From the human T2T-CHM13v2.0 reference genome, Homo sapiens: a DNA stretch of 64,000 nucleotides. The first letter of the stretch is position 1; every line of letters begins with the position of its first letter. A program made the position numbers and the translations under genes. The notes under the pieces are model-generated. The model saw only the letters and a program-made list of their open reading frames with translations. It had not been told where the DNA came from and did no database searches. Below are positions 13,813 through 27,819 of the stretch, piece by piece. The stretch is from NCBI RefSeq assembly GCF_009914755.1, contig NC_060930.1, one strand, 5' to 3'.

Positions 13813-14649
13813 CCCAGTTAAAGATAATGATTAAAATAGTGTTTACTTTTGAGTACAGTTTTGTTCTTTACACTTGCCAAAATCTTTCTTTGTTCAAATT
13901 TCTTTTAAAAATCTGTTAACAGGAGGTTAAGTGTGAATATTTCATCTTGTTCTGTGACAGTAAACTAGTCATCTATAGTAGAGAGCAGAAAATAAAAATA
14001 TTTCCAGAAATAAAACTGAGATTTAAAAACAATTTAATTTTTTTCCTTTTCATATTTATCTGTGTAGATGATGCCATAACAGGCATAATTTATATTATTT
14101 ATATGATTAAATTAAAAAGTTGTGGTGGCTTAGATTTTGGACAAGCTACTTTACCTGAAATATTAGTTTCCTCATTTGTCAAATTGGGGGTTACTATACC
14201 TCCTTCCCTGGGAATAAAATTAGATGATATAGATGAAATCTCTTTAAAGGTATTTTATTAAAGTACTACATGTATGTAGTTTGAAAAGTCAAAATATTAC
14301 ATGTAACAAAATGCCCTGCCCTTTCTACTCCAAGTTTCCCCACATGCAGTGATTAAGAGGAAACAATGACTCTGAATTCTGTCTGCTGTTTCATCTAAAT
14401 TTATACTTCTCCATATTTATGATTAATATACATATATTGCTGACTTTTTGATTTATCAGTTGTACACATTTTTTTTTACCTTGTTGTGATATATAAAGCC
14501 TTTGCTTTCTTATACCACCCTCTCCTATTCCCCCCAACATATTTGTAGTGAAGTTTTGGTTAAATCTTCAGTATTTACTTTTTTATGGGTATATAAATAT
14601 TATGACATTGGAGCATTTAGCTTAGTATTTCCTTTCTTTTTTTCCCTTC

Positions 14650-15176
14650 CTGGAGGATTTTCCAGAGATCTTTCTGTTACTTCTATTTTTATTCCATTGT
14701 GCTCAAGAAACATTTTGTATGACCCTCATTTATTTATTGAGACTTGTTTTATGACAAAATACGTCTTGGAAAATGTTTTGTTTATATTTGAAAAGAAAGT
14801 GCATTCTGCTGTTGTTGAGTAGTGTGTTCTTCAAGTGTCAGTTAGGTCAGGTTGGTTGACAGTGTTCAAGTTTCCATGTCTGTTGATTTTTTGCTTACTT
14901 GTTCTGTCAGTAACAGAGAGGGATAGTGAAATATCTGAATACAATCATGGATTAAAGCAGTTTTTTCTTATATTTGTATCATATTTAGCTTCATGTGTTT
15001 TGAAGCTGTCTTACTAGGTACATAAATATTTAGCATTTTTACATCTTTATAAATTGATCCCTTCATCATTATGAAATGATCTTTTTAATTGCAGATAATG
15101 TTATTTGTTGTGAAATTTACCTTGAGATTAATTTAGCCATGCTAGTTTTCTTTTGGTTAATGTTCACCTGGCATAG
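14650..15176 (-). mobile_element. Old L1M fragment (host of the L1PA insertion), left part
   Basis: Antisense ORF2 endonuclease-region motifs (gaaaagaaagtgcattctgctgttgttg...gtcagttaggtcaggttggttgacagtgtt). Confidence 0.75.
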
Positions 15177-16063
15177 TTTTTTTCTTTTTGTTTTCTTTCC
15201 AACTTTTGTTTTTAGACTTAGGGGGCACATGGGCACATTTGTTACATGGGTAAATTATGTGTCATGGGGGTTTGGCGTACAGATTAGTCACCCAGGTGAT
15301 AAGCATAGTACCCAATAAATAGTTTTTTGATCCTCACCCTCCTTCCATCCTCCACCCCTAAGTAGGCCTGCGTATCTATATTTGCCTTGTATCCATGTGT
15401 ACTTAATGTTTAGCTTCCACTTATAAGTGAGAAAATGTGGTATTTCGTTTTCTGTTCCTGTATGTGTTTGCTAAGGATGACTTCCAGCTCCATCCATGTT
15501 CCTGCAGAGGACATGATCTTGTTCTTTTTTATGGCTGCATAGTATTCTGTGGTGTTGTCTGTACCACATTTTCTTTATCCAGCCTATCATTCTTGGGCAT
15601 TTAGGTTGATTCCATGTCTTTGCTATTATGAATAGTGCTGCAATGAACATATATGTGCATGTGTCTTTATAATAGAATGATTTACACTCCTTTGGGTATT
15701 TATATTCCTTTAGGTATACAAACTCAGTAATAGATTGCTGGGTCAAATTGTAGTTCTTTGAGAAATCTCCAAACTGCTTTCTTCAGTGGCGGTACTAATT
15801 TACTTTCCCACCAGCAGTGTATAAGCATTCTCTTTTCTCTGCACCCTCACCAGCATCTGCTGTTTTTTGACTTTTTAATAATGTTCTGACTGGTGTGAGA
15901 TGATATCTCATTGTTGCTTTGATTTGCATTTCTCTAATGATTATTGACTTTGAGCATTTTTTCATGTTTGTTGGCCACATATTTGTCTTTTGAGAAGTGT
16001 CTGTTCATGTCCTTTGCCCATTTTTTAATGGGGTTATGTGGTTGTTGTTAATTTCAGTTCTTA

Positions 16064-16745
16064 TTGTGTGGGGAAAACTCTGTGTTTTTCCTCTACTCTC
16101 ACACCACAGCAGTCATTTATGCAAAGAAAACTCCTGTGACCAAATGTGTGTGGGGGGGTCTCTCCCCACCACCAAGCAGTGGACACCAGCCAGGTATCCT
16201 CCAGTTCAATTCTGACACTATCTACCTGGAGGTGTAGTGCCAGATCCCACAGGTTGAGGGCTCCTTCCCCAAGACTGCTCCCTCCTTTCCCCACCAGTTG
16301 CAAGCCCAGGTTTCCGGAACTTCTGACACACACATCAAGTTGAGATTCCCACAACCCCCTCTTTGGGTTCGATTAATTTGTTGGGGCTGTTCACAGAACT
16401 CAGAGAAACACGTTTACTAAGAAGGATATTTTAAAGGATACAGATAAATAGCCAGATAAAGAGGTACATAGGGTGAGGTCTGGAAAGGTCCCAAGCACTG
16501 GAGCTTCTGACCCTGTGGAGATGGGGTGCACGACCCTCCCTGTACATGGAAGAGTTCTTCTTCACCTTCCTCTTGCCCTATACATGTTCAGCTATCTGGA
16601 AGCTTACTGAACCCTCTCTTCTTGGGTTTTTATGGAAGCTTCATGACATTATCATTTCTTCCCACAGGGTATAGGGTGGGACCCTCTCATGGGAGGGTAT
16701 TAAGACCCACAATCAGAAAAGGTAGGGGAACATGAGACAGGAACT
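16064..16745. mobile_element. MER21-like LTR inside L1
   Basis: ttcaattctgacactatctacctggag...cagatcccacaggttgagggctc...acagaactcagagaaacac; L1 resumes collinearly either side. Confidence 0.8.
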
Positions 16746-17110
16746 GTGGATTGTGGATGTTGGACCTTTGTTGGGTGCATAGTTGGCAAATATTTTCTCC
16801 CATTCTGTAGGTTGTCTGTTGATAATTTCTTTTGATGTGCAGTCTGTTGATAATTTCTTTTGACGTGCAGAAGCTCTTTACTTAGGTTCCACTTGTTAGT
16901 TTTTGTTGCAATTGCTTTTACAGTCTGCATGAAATCTAGGTTTTCTTCTGGGTTTTCATAGTTTTAGGTTTTACATTTAAGTCTTTAATCCATCTTGAGT
17001 TGATTTTCGTATGTGGTAAAAGGAAGGAGTCCAGTTTCAATCTTCTAGCCAATTATTCCAGTACTGTTTGTTAAATTGGGAGTCCTTTTTCCATTGCTTG
17101 TTTTTGTTGA

Positions 17111-17413
<303 letters not shown>

Positions 17414-18045
17414 TGTTGACTTTGTTGATGGTTATAGTTGTATGGCTTTATTTTGGGTTCTCTAACCTGTTCCGTTGGTCTGTTTTTTACCAGTACTATG
17501 CTGTTCTGGTTACTATAGTCTGAAGGTGGGTAATGTGATGCCTCCAACTTTGTTCTTTTTGCTTAGGATTGCTTTGGTTATTCTGGCTCTTTTTTGGTTC
17601 CATATGAATTTTAGTATTGTTTTCTTCTAATTCTATGAAAAATGTCTTTGTAGTTTGATGGGAATAGCATGAAATGTGTAAATTGCCTCGGGCCGTATGG
17701 CCATTTTAACAATATTGATTCTTCCTATCCGTGAGCATGGAATGTTTTCCACTTGTTTGTGTCATCTCTGATTTTTTTCAGCAGTGTTTTATAATTCTTG
17801 TTGTAGAGATCTTTCACCTCCCTGGTTAGCTGTATTCCTAGGTGTTTTATTTTTATTTTTTTGTGACTACTATAGAAATGGGATTGCAGTCTTGATTTGG
17901 CTCTCAGCTTGGACATTGTTGATGTATAGAAATGCTGCTGATATTTGTCTGTTGATTTTGTATCCTGGAACGTTGCCGAAGTTGTTTATCAGATCTAGGA
18001 GCTTTTGGATAGAGATTGTATTTTCAAGGTATAAAATCATATCAT

Positions 18046-18356
<311 letters not shown>

Positions 18357-20176
18357 CATATATCATTTGCAGAAAGCGATAGTTTGACTTCTCTCTTCAT
18401 ATTTGGATGCCTTTTATTTTTTTTCTCTTGCCTGATTGGTCTGGCTAGGATCTCCAGTACTGTGTTGAATAAGAGTGCTGAGAGTGGGCATCCTTGTCTT
18501 AATTCTGATTCTCAAGGGAAATACTTCTAGTTTTTGCCTGTTTAGTATGATGTTTGCTGTGGGTTTGTCATAGATGGCTATTATTTTGAGGTATGTTCCT
18601 TCAGTGCTTAGTTTGTTGAAGGTTTTTAACACGAAGCGATGTTGACTTTTATCAAAAGCCTTTTGAGACTGTTAAGATGCATTTATTGAGATGTTCACGT
18701 GGTTTTTCTTTTTAGTTCTGTTAATGTGATAAATCACACTTACTGATTTTTGTATGTTGAAACAACCTTGCATCCCAGGAATAAAGCCTGCTTGATCATA
18801 GTGGATTAGCTTTATGATATGCAGCTGGATTTGGTTTGCTAGTATCTCATTGAGGATTTTTGCATCTGTGTTCATCAGGGATATTGGTGTGAACTTTCAT
18901 TTTTGTGTGTGTCTCGGCCAGGTTTTGGTATCAGAATGATGCTGACCTCATAGAATCTGTTAGGGAAGAGTCCCTCTTCCTCAGTTTTTTGCAATAGTTT
19001 CAGTATGATTGGTACCAGCTATCCCTTATTTGTCTGGTAGAATTCAGCTGTGAGTCTTCTGGTTCAGGGCTTTTGCTGGATTGGTAGGCTTTTTATTACA
19101 GATTCAATTTCGGAACTTGATATTGGTCTGCTTAGGATTTCAATTTCTTCCTGGTTCAATCTTGGGAGGTTTTATGTTTATAGTAATTTATCCATTTCTT
19201 CTAGATTTTCTAGAAGAAATGTGCATAGAAGTGTTCATAATAGTCTCTGATAATTTTTTTTTAAATTTCTGTGAGGTCAGTCGTAATATCCTCTTGTCAT
19301 TTATGATTGTGTTTATTTGGATATTCTCTCTTGCTGAGGTCCCATTTCTGCCACTTCTCCATACAGCTCTTCCTGTCAGCTCAAATGTCTGTGGGGGTCC
19401 TGGGGTCTCCTGCAGCTAGGATTCTAGGTCCATAGTGAGAGTGGGCTACTTCTCACCAATTTAACTCACCCCTTCCCCAGGAACGACTGTGGGTCAGGAA
19501 CAAGTCCTGGTGCTCAGCAGCCCCATGCAGGGTTCCCAGCTTCCTTCTCCTCTAGCCCAGAGTCTGTGTCCTCCCTCTTTCCACTCTCGGTGACTTTCTT
19601 CTGCAGATCTGCTTGGAGTGTGCTGGTCTTCTTGATGGTCTAGTCTCGGTGGGAAATATTCTTCCTGGCTATGTCTAGTTGCCCATCTTGGCTCTTCTCC
19701 CATTTATTTTTTCCGTAGTTTTTTTTCAATTCTTTTAACCTGTGGTGTTTTTATATTTAAAATGCTTTTCTTGTAGGAAGTAGGTAGTTGAGTCTTGCTT
19801 TGACGTGTACTACAAGTCTTTACCTTTTAGTTAAGGCATTAAGATGATTTTATTTAAATGTGGTTATTGGTATAATGAAGTTTAAATCTCTCATTTTGGT
19901 TTTAGTTTTCTATTTGTCCCATCTCTTCTTTTTTTCTTCTTTCCCTGCTGTCTTTTCAATTAGTTGAACATTTTTAATGATTCTAATGTATCTCCTTTGT
20001 TGACTTATATTAATGATTAGGCTAGGGTGTATCATATATATTTAACTTCTCACTATTTGTCAAGTGATATTCTATTACTTTATATGTGGTATAAACTTTA
20101 TAATAATATACTTTCATTTCTTCCTTCCTGATCTTTATGCTACTGTTGTCATACGTTTTACTTTTGCATAATTATC

Positions 20177-20480
20177 TTTTTTTTTTTTGGCCTTTCTTGA
20201 GACAAGGTCTTGCTCTCTTGCTGAGGCTGGAGTGCAGTGGTGTGATCATGGCTCACTGCAGCCTTGACCTCCTAGGCTGAAGCAATCATCTCATCTTAGC
20301 CTTCGAATAACTGGGACTCAGGCATGTGGCACCACACCTGGCTATTTTTTTTTATTTTTTGTAGAGACAGGGTCTCAGTATATTTCCCAGGCTGGTCTTG
20401 AACTGCTGGGCTCAACTTGTCCTCCTTCCTTGACCCCACAATGTCCTGGGATTACAGTCGTGAGTCATCACCCCTGGACT
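20177..20480 (-). mobile_element. Alu (AluJ)
   Basis: gatcatggctcactgcagccttgacctcc, J-type; aattatctttt flanks. Confidence 0.9.
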
Positions 20481-21877
20481 ATAGTCAATTATCTTTTAAA
20501 GAGATTTAATTAAGAAGATATCATATGTACTTGTCTATTTAATAACCGTTTCTGCTGCTCTTGACAATATAGATCTAGATTTCTCTCTGGTATCATTTCC
20601 TTTTTGTCTGAAGAATTTCTTTTAACATTTCTTTTGGTAGGGGACTATTGGTGATAAATTCTTTCTTTTTTTCTAACTTTGAAAAAGGATTTCATCTTTG
20701 TTTTGAAGATATTTTCACTGGGTATAGAATTATAAATTGGCTTTTCTTCTTTAGTATTTTAAAGATACTGCTCCACTGTTTTGTCACTTGAATTGTTTGT
20801 GATGAGAAATTTGTTGGCTTTATTTTTGTTCCTCCATATTTAACATATCCTTTTTTTCTCTGGGTGCTTTTAAAATTTTCTCTTTATGGCTGGTTTTGAG
20901 TAATATGATTATGATGTGCCTGGTGTAATTTTCTCTTTCCTATGCTTGGAGTTCATTGAGATTTTTGGACCTGTGGGCTTATACATTTCATTAAATAGAA
21001 AACCTTTTTTCTATTTTTTAAACACCTCCCTTCCCTCTCCCCATCACTTGAAGGAGATAACTGATAGTTATCCCACAGCTAACTGATGCTCTTATTTTTT
21101 TCTTGTTTCTCTGTGTTTCATTTTGGATAGTTGTTATAGCTTCATGTTCACTAATCATCTGCAATTTCTAATCTTCTGCTAATCCCATCCAGTGTATTTT
21201 CAATCTCACATGCTACAGTTTCCATCTCTAGAAGGCCAGTTGGGTCTTTTATATTGTCCTTGTCTCCCGTCTAGCTTTTTGCACACAGAATATAGTTATT
21301 CCGTATGTTTTAATGTTTGTATCTACCAATTATCTGTGCCAGTTCTGGGTTAGTTTTGATTGATTTTCCCCCTTCATTTTTGGTCATATTTTTATTACTG
21401 TATTTTGTCTCGTTGCATTGGATATTTTTGTATTCCTTAAAAACTTCCCATGCTTTATTCTGGGATACAGTTAAGTTACTTGGAAACAGTTTTATCTTTT
21501 GTGGTCTTGAATTTATTATTTGTTAGGCAGCCCTACAATTCACAGTCTAGGACTAATTATTCCATGCTTTTGAGGCAAGATGTCTCCTGTACTCAACAGT
21601 GTCCCATGAATTGAGAGTTTCAACCTTGCCTTGTGGGAACAGGCACATTCCCTGGCCTTGTGTGAGCACCAGGTATAGTTACCTCTAACCCTTTCAAATG
21701 GGTCTTAGCCTCAGGCTCTTTCCTCACACAGATGCCCTTACCCAGTAGTCAGCTAAATACTCCAAGGGAGCCCCTCTGTAGGTCTCCTGTGTTCTGTCTC
21801 TTCCAGTACTCTGTCCTGCAAATTCTAGCTGCTTTGTTCTCTGTGGACTCTCAGCTCTGCCTCTTCAACCAATTTTT

Positions 21878-21899
21878 GTGTGTGTGTGTGTGTGTGTGT
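21878..21899. repeat. (TG)n microsatellite
   Basis: ~11 TG units. Confidence 0.95.
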
Positions 21900-22559
21900 C
21901 TCTAAGGGAATCACTGTCCTTATCTAGTGTATTGAAAACCGTTTGATACATTTTGGCAGTCTATTGGTTGTTTAAGACAGGAAGATAAACTTAGTCTCTC
22001 TCCATCTTAGCTAGAAGTGGAAGTCCTCCAGATCATCTTTATTAAAGTTAGTAGGAAAGCTAAAAGATATGTTGTTTAGTTCTGAAAAATAGAAAATCTC
22101 AAGGGAACCAAAGTTTGGTTGCTTTTTAAGGGACTTTCCGCTGTCCTGTCAGTTTACATTGGCCTTTAGTGATATATGTGCCATTCATTTCTGCTGTACA
22201 AGTCAGTAGTATTATATTTGAGCTTTTAAAGTGATGGAGCACCCCAGGATAGAAAGGCTCAGTGTTGGATCATAGGAAGAGAACGGTGGGTACAATTTTT
22301 TGGCTGCAAGTGCCAAAGTAGTAAGTTCTGCTATGACCCAGTAACTATTATAAACCACTTAGGCTCTGAAATAGGGAATTAAATGATGCCAGTGCTTTGG
22401 TGTACTCCAAGGAATCAGTGTAGCTTAATGAGTGAGAGCTTGAGCTCTGGAGGCAAATAGCCTCTTCCTGGCTCTGCCACTTTACCTCAGGGCAAATCAC
22501 CAGTATAAAGTCCCAGATCAGCGCAGTAGTATGGGAATAGGAGCAAGGGTGAAATCTAA

Positions 22560-23360
22560 ATTACATTGGGATAAAAGAATCCATGGGTTCTTGATGGGAA
22601 TCATATGTAAGGAAAGAGGAAGAAATAAATGTGACTATAAGGTTTTCAGTCACTGAACAGAATAAGAAAATTGGTTGCCTGTGCTTGTGGGTGTGGGGAG
22701 GGTGGTTTAGAGTCGGGGTGGAGGGTTGTTGATGAACTGGGTTTTGGACGCAGCTTGAGATAATTTGGGAAGTGCATATGCTGTGTAGGGTACTCAGAAT
22801 TTGGAACTCTGTGAAACATCTAAAATCAATTTTGAAAAATTGCCACGTTAAGATGAGGTCCTTGCACATAGCTAGTATTCATTAAATGTTTGAAAAACAA
22901 AATAATAGAGTTGAAGCTTACTGTGCTCAGGGCAATATTTCTAAAACTTGAGCATATACCTAGAGGGGCTGTTAAAACTCACATTGCTGGGCCACACTCT
23001 ACAGAGTTTCTGATTTAGGAGGCATGAGGTGGGGCTGGAACCATTTGTGTGTCTTAAAAGTTCCCAGGTGCTGCAGTGGTCTGTGGATGACACTTTGAGA
23101 ACCAGTGGCTTATGGAAGTAAATAGAACACAAAGGAATGCTCAGATCCTTGGAGGAGGAAGCAGAAAAGGAGATAAATGAAGTCACAGAGGTCACAACCA
23201 TCAGTCAGAGTTAGATGACACTAGTGACATAGATTATAGAAAGGGGATATTTTAGGATTTCAACTTTGGGTAACAAATGGCATCAAGTGAGGTAGGGAGA
23301 TTAAAATGAATGAGAAATGATTATTGGATTTAATGAATACTGTTATTTGTGATCTTGGAG
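22560..23360. mobile_element. L2 remnant interrupted by MER5A
   Basis: Purine-rich degenerate L2-like motifs (gagaaatgattattggatttaatg...gtgatcttggagagcag). Confidence 0.5.
22940..23109. mobile_element. MER5A-like
   Basis: ctgttaaaactcacattgctgggcc...cagagtttctgattt...acactttgagaaccagtgg. Confidence 0.75.
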
Positions 23361-23362
23361 AG

Positions 23363-23480
23363 CAGTGTTTATCTTTTTGGGGTCACGGAACTTTGAAAAC
23401 TGATGAAAGCTGTGGATCCCTTCAGAAAAATGTGCAAGTGCTCATAGTTTTGCATATATTTCTAAGGAGGTTCATGAATT
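23363..23480. mobile_element. Charlie4z-like fragment
   Basis: tttttggggtcacggaactttgaaaactgatgaaagctgtggatccc...cagaaaaatgtgca. Confidence 0.6.
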
Positions 23481-24079
23481 TTATTGAGGCACTTGCATCT
23501 GAAGTAATTGAGGCACTTACATCTGCTTTAGTATGGATGGTCTCATTAAGAGTGCTAAGTGTGGAAGCCAGATATGAAGAGAGGGAAAGCGTGGGAAGAA
23601 GGAAGTAATTGTGGATATGAACAGTCCTTCGGGATTGCAAAGCCTTTTGGGAGTGGACTGATAATTGTCCAGTTTCCTTACTTGGAGGTCTAAGCCTGTG
23701 ACAGTCTTCACATCTCGCTGAGTTTCTAGGGATATTGTGAAAAAAAATGTACTCATTTATGAAAACTGAAATGACCCATGGCTTTCCTGACTTCCTGGTC
23801 ACTTGTTTCTTTGCTGCTCTTCAGCTCTGGTGTGGTCAGAGTTACTGTGTTTGAAACGATTCAGTCTTTTAGTCTTTCTGTCCATGTGTTAAGCAAGTTC
23901 CCCCCCTTTCTTCCTCTCTTTTCAGGAATAACGCAAATTATCTTTTTCTAGAAGAACTATTCTATAACTTGCCAATTCTAGTTGAAACATTTTACCATTT
24001 CTTATATCCTTAGTCTCATGCTCTGGATTTGGCATCAATTTTTTTTTTTTCATTGAATTCCAAGACTCTTTTTGTTGAT

Positions 24080-24240
24080 TGTGTAACCTTGGACAAGTGA
24101 CATAAATGTCTCGGAGTCTCAGTTTGCACTTGTTCTTGGTGGGGATGGTGATAACCTGCTTTACAGTAGGTTTGTAAGGATCAAAATAAATTAGTGAGGC
24201 ACTTACTAAACTTTCAACATGTATACATGTAAGTTGTTTC
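24080..24240 (+). mobile_element. MIR fragment
   Basis: tgtgtaaccttggacaagtgac...ggagtctcagttt. Confidence 0.6.
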
Positions 24241-24894
24241 TTATTAGGTACAGTGTAATAAAATATATTGGTAAGCAATGCTAGGGTCATCTAGATTTGT
24301 TTTTTACTCAAGCAGAACATTTGGCTGTAGTATCTTGAAACTAGAAGCTGGTATGGAATAATTGTTGCACAGATTTAAAATGATGGATGGAATGAAAATA
24401 GAGTTGCCAGCTACTTTTTAGCTAAGAAATATGGTAGAACTCTACCCTTAGTTGTTTTCAAGGACACATGATCTACTCTAGGAAACTTGTCAGTACTTTT
24501 GTATGCTAGTTGCATACGGACCTAGGCCGAAATTATGAGGAAAAGCAGCAGGACCCTGGTAAATATTCCTGGTGGGATAATTTATGCATATACCTTTGGA
24601 GAAAAACTCCAATATGCTGTGTATGTGACATATAGGGTGTTATGCTCTATGATTTGTTTGACTATATTTAATCCAAAAATCGTGTACACAAATCAAATAG
24701 AGGGACTGGACCAGATCAATGAGATCAATAACAAAGGTAAATTTGGATTTTTTTTTCTTGGAAAGAATTTATAATATGACTATGGACAGACAATTAGTCA
24801 TAAAATTTTAAAAAATATTTGTCTTTATTCTTTAGTGGTGTCCATTCAGATCTGTAAATTTTCAGTACAAAAATATGATTTTAAAAATTGCTCA

Positions 24895-25278
<384 letters not shown>

Positions 25279-27524
25279 CTAATTAGCAATCCTGGAAGCA
25301 AAATATTTGACTTAAGATAATGAGCACTTGAATTGACTTATACTTAGGGAAAAAATGGAACTACATAGTCATAGCAATTAAGCTTGGGATGAGTATGTAT
25401 ACATCACCTTTTCTTCCACACTTAAGACTTCTAAAAAACCTTGCTTGGCTTTTCAGGACCGCCCCCCCCTTCCCCACCCACCGACGGACAAAATGTACCT
25501 TGTGTTTACATTGCTTGTATTTTACAATTGTAAATTTCCATAGGGATAGACGTGAATTCTGGTAAAATTTCTCCCCAAACCTTGCTTCATTTATTTTCCA
25601 AACTTTAAGATGACTGGCCCCCATTAATGTGTCTGTAAAGTTTGAACCTTAGTCAAAAGTACAAAAATGGTTAAAGGGCTTTAGGAACCAAATTCCTGCC
25701 ATAGATTTTATCACCAACATCTTTCCTCTGGGTCATTACCCATTTGTTGGCTTCAGTGGAAGTATTGGTGAAGAATGAAAGAGCTAAGTCCTTGGGGTAT
25801 AGAAGTGGAATAGTGAGTAAGCTGAGGTGTGGTATTCTCGGCAGCCCCCATTTCACCTTCTGAATTTGCTTAAATGCAAGACTTTGCTTTTGTGCTGGTT
25901 TTAACCAATGTGATGCAGCATAGCCTAACACAACACAGTGGTTTGTAAATCAGGCTCCAGTCTAGTTCTGTGACATTAATGTGCAACAGCAGAACGTGTT
26001 TCAACATTATCAGTGCAGTTTCTCTCCACGGTAGTGATGGTTTCCTGCAGATGCACTTAGTCTGACTTCATCAAAATGGAAATGTTAACATTGGAATTAC
26101 ATAGATGGCTCCAAATCCAGAAATTCTGTCCACTATTGTTATGTAAATGAACAGTGTCAAGAATGGATTTTCACTTAATTTTTTTTAGAGCCTAAAGTAT
26201 TAATAGTTAGCCTATTCTCTGTTGGTTGTGGTAGTATTCCATTTTTGTTGCTTTACTGAATGTCAGTTTGAATAATATGGATTCATATTATGTATAGAAA
26301 TGGTAATGATTTCACATAAATTGTCAAATATGTAAATATTTGAATATACAAGAATTTGATGTAGACATTATTGGAACTTACTATAAAAGACCTTACACTT
26401 GTGATCCTTGCTTCATATGGACAAGCATTTTCTGGAGCTGTTTCCTGGTTGTATCTGTATTTTGAAAGTCTTTCCATTAACTTTCATCTTCTAGATCCAG
26501 AATTAAATTAAGACTAAATAGAGGCTAGTTCCTCAGGCTTACAATTTAAACTGCTTTCTTCTTGAGAACACTTATCACCTAACCTGGGCCCATGAAACTT
26601 GAGAAGGCGAAATCTGTATGGAAATAAGTTGTATTTGTTCAAAAGATTTTCTTGAATATCTGCTTTGTTTACTGCCTTACATTAAGCACTTTAGGGAGAA
26701 GTAAATATATACTACTTGCTCTCAAAATCCTTAAAGTCTAATTGGGGAGGGTAGGCATAAGCATTGAAATAGCAACACAGTATTTCAAGCAAGACCACTG
26801 AAATGTGTTCTGAAATCTTCAAGATACCGCAGTGTAGCATCTATCTGTCTTAGCTATAAAATGGGGATAATAATAGCCCTACTTATTTTTCTGAGGATTA
26901 ATTGAGATCCTGTGTTAAATAAAATAGTAAAACCACACTGAGCTGGTCAGCTTTAGGCACACTGACCAGCCAACTCACTCATGCCTGCAAAGCTGTCCTG
27001 CAACACAGGTAATTCAGATTCATACTTAGCAAAATCATTTGTTATATGCAGTGAACCTTGAAACCTCAAATGTCAGATCCTTGAATGCCAAATGTTTAGT
27101 GTGACAAACATTTCAAGTCTATGTGGGCAGCAAACATTCATATACATATACACCCTTTACTTTGGACAGAAGGCAATGGGGAGTACCATCAGTGATGTTT
27201 GCCTGAGCCTGGCAACTTAATTCCTTTGTGGCACTGCTCACTTTCCATGAATTACATCCTCTTAGCACGTACACATTCTGCTGATGTTCAAACAACTACC
27301 TTAGAATCCTGTAGCTACCTTCGCATTTGTGTGCCTTCCGTTTATAAATAAAGGGAATAAAGGGAAGTTTAGAAAATGTTGCTGTATTTACATGTTCATT
27401 CATTCTAGGTATAGAAACAGAAACTTCTCTCATCACAGTTTTTACTCATCTCCAAGTTAAATGACATTCATCTGTTCTGAGAGTTCTTCCCCACTCCTTT
27501 CCCTACCCCTTGGGAAAAAAAATT

Positions 27525-27806
27525 GACTGGTTTTGGTGGCTCACACCTGTAACCCCAGCACTTTGGGAAGCCGAGGCAAGAGGGTCACTTGAATCCAGGC
27601 ATTTGAGACCAACCTGGGCAACATAATGAGACCCCACCTTTACCAAAAATTAAAAAAAAAAATCAGCTGGGTGTGGTGGGATGTACCTATAGTCAGGAGG
27701 CTGAGGTGAGGGTGTTGCTTGAGCCTGGGATATTGAGGCTGCAGTGTTCTGTGATTGCAGTACTACATTCAGCCTGGGTGATAGAGCGAGACCCTGTTTC
27801 AAAAAA
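27525..27806 (+). mobile_element. Alu (AluJ)
   Basis: gggcaacataatgagacccc, J-type right arm. Confidence 0.88.
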
Positions 27807-27819
27807 TAGTAAATAATCA

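Larger units (their letters stand above)
19702..22025 (-). mobile_element. Old L1M (L1MD/ME-like), continuation toward 5' region
   Basis: Collinear continuation of 14650-15176; motifs gaagatattttcactgggtatagaatt, gatacagttaagttacttggaaacag (also seen at ~46180). Confidence 0.7.

Noticed and set aside
21300-22025. Similarity to 45990-47030 suggesting a segmental duplication
   Set aside because: Highly diverged; explained as homologous regions of two related old L1 copies
26942-26970. 9-bp stem gctggtcag/ctgaccagc as possible miRNA or structured RNA
   Set aside because: Too short for a pre-miRNA; expected by chance in 64 kb
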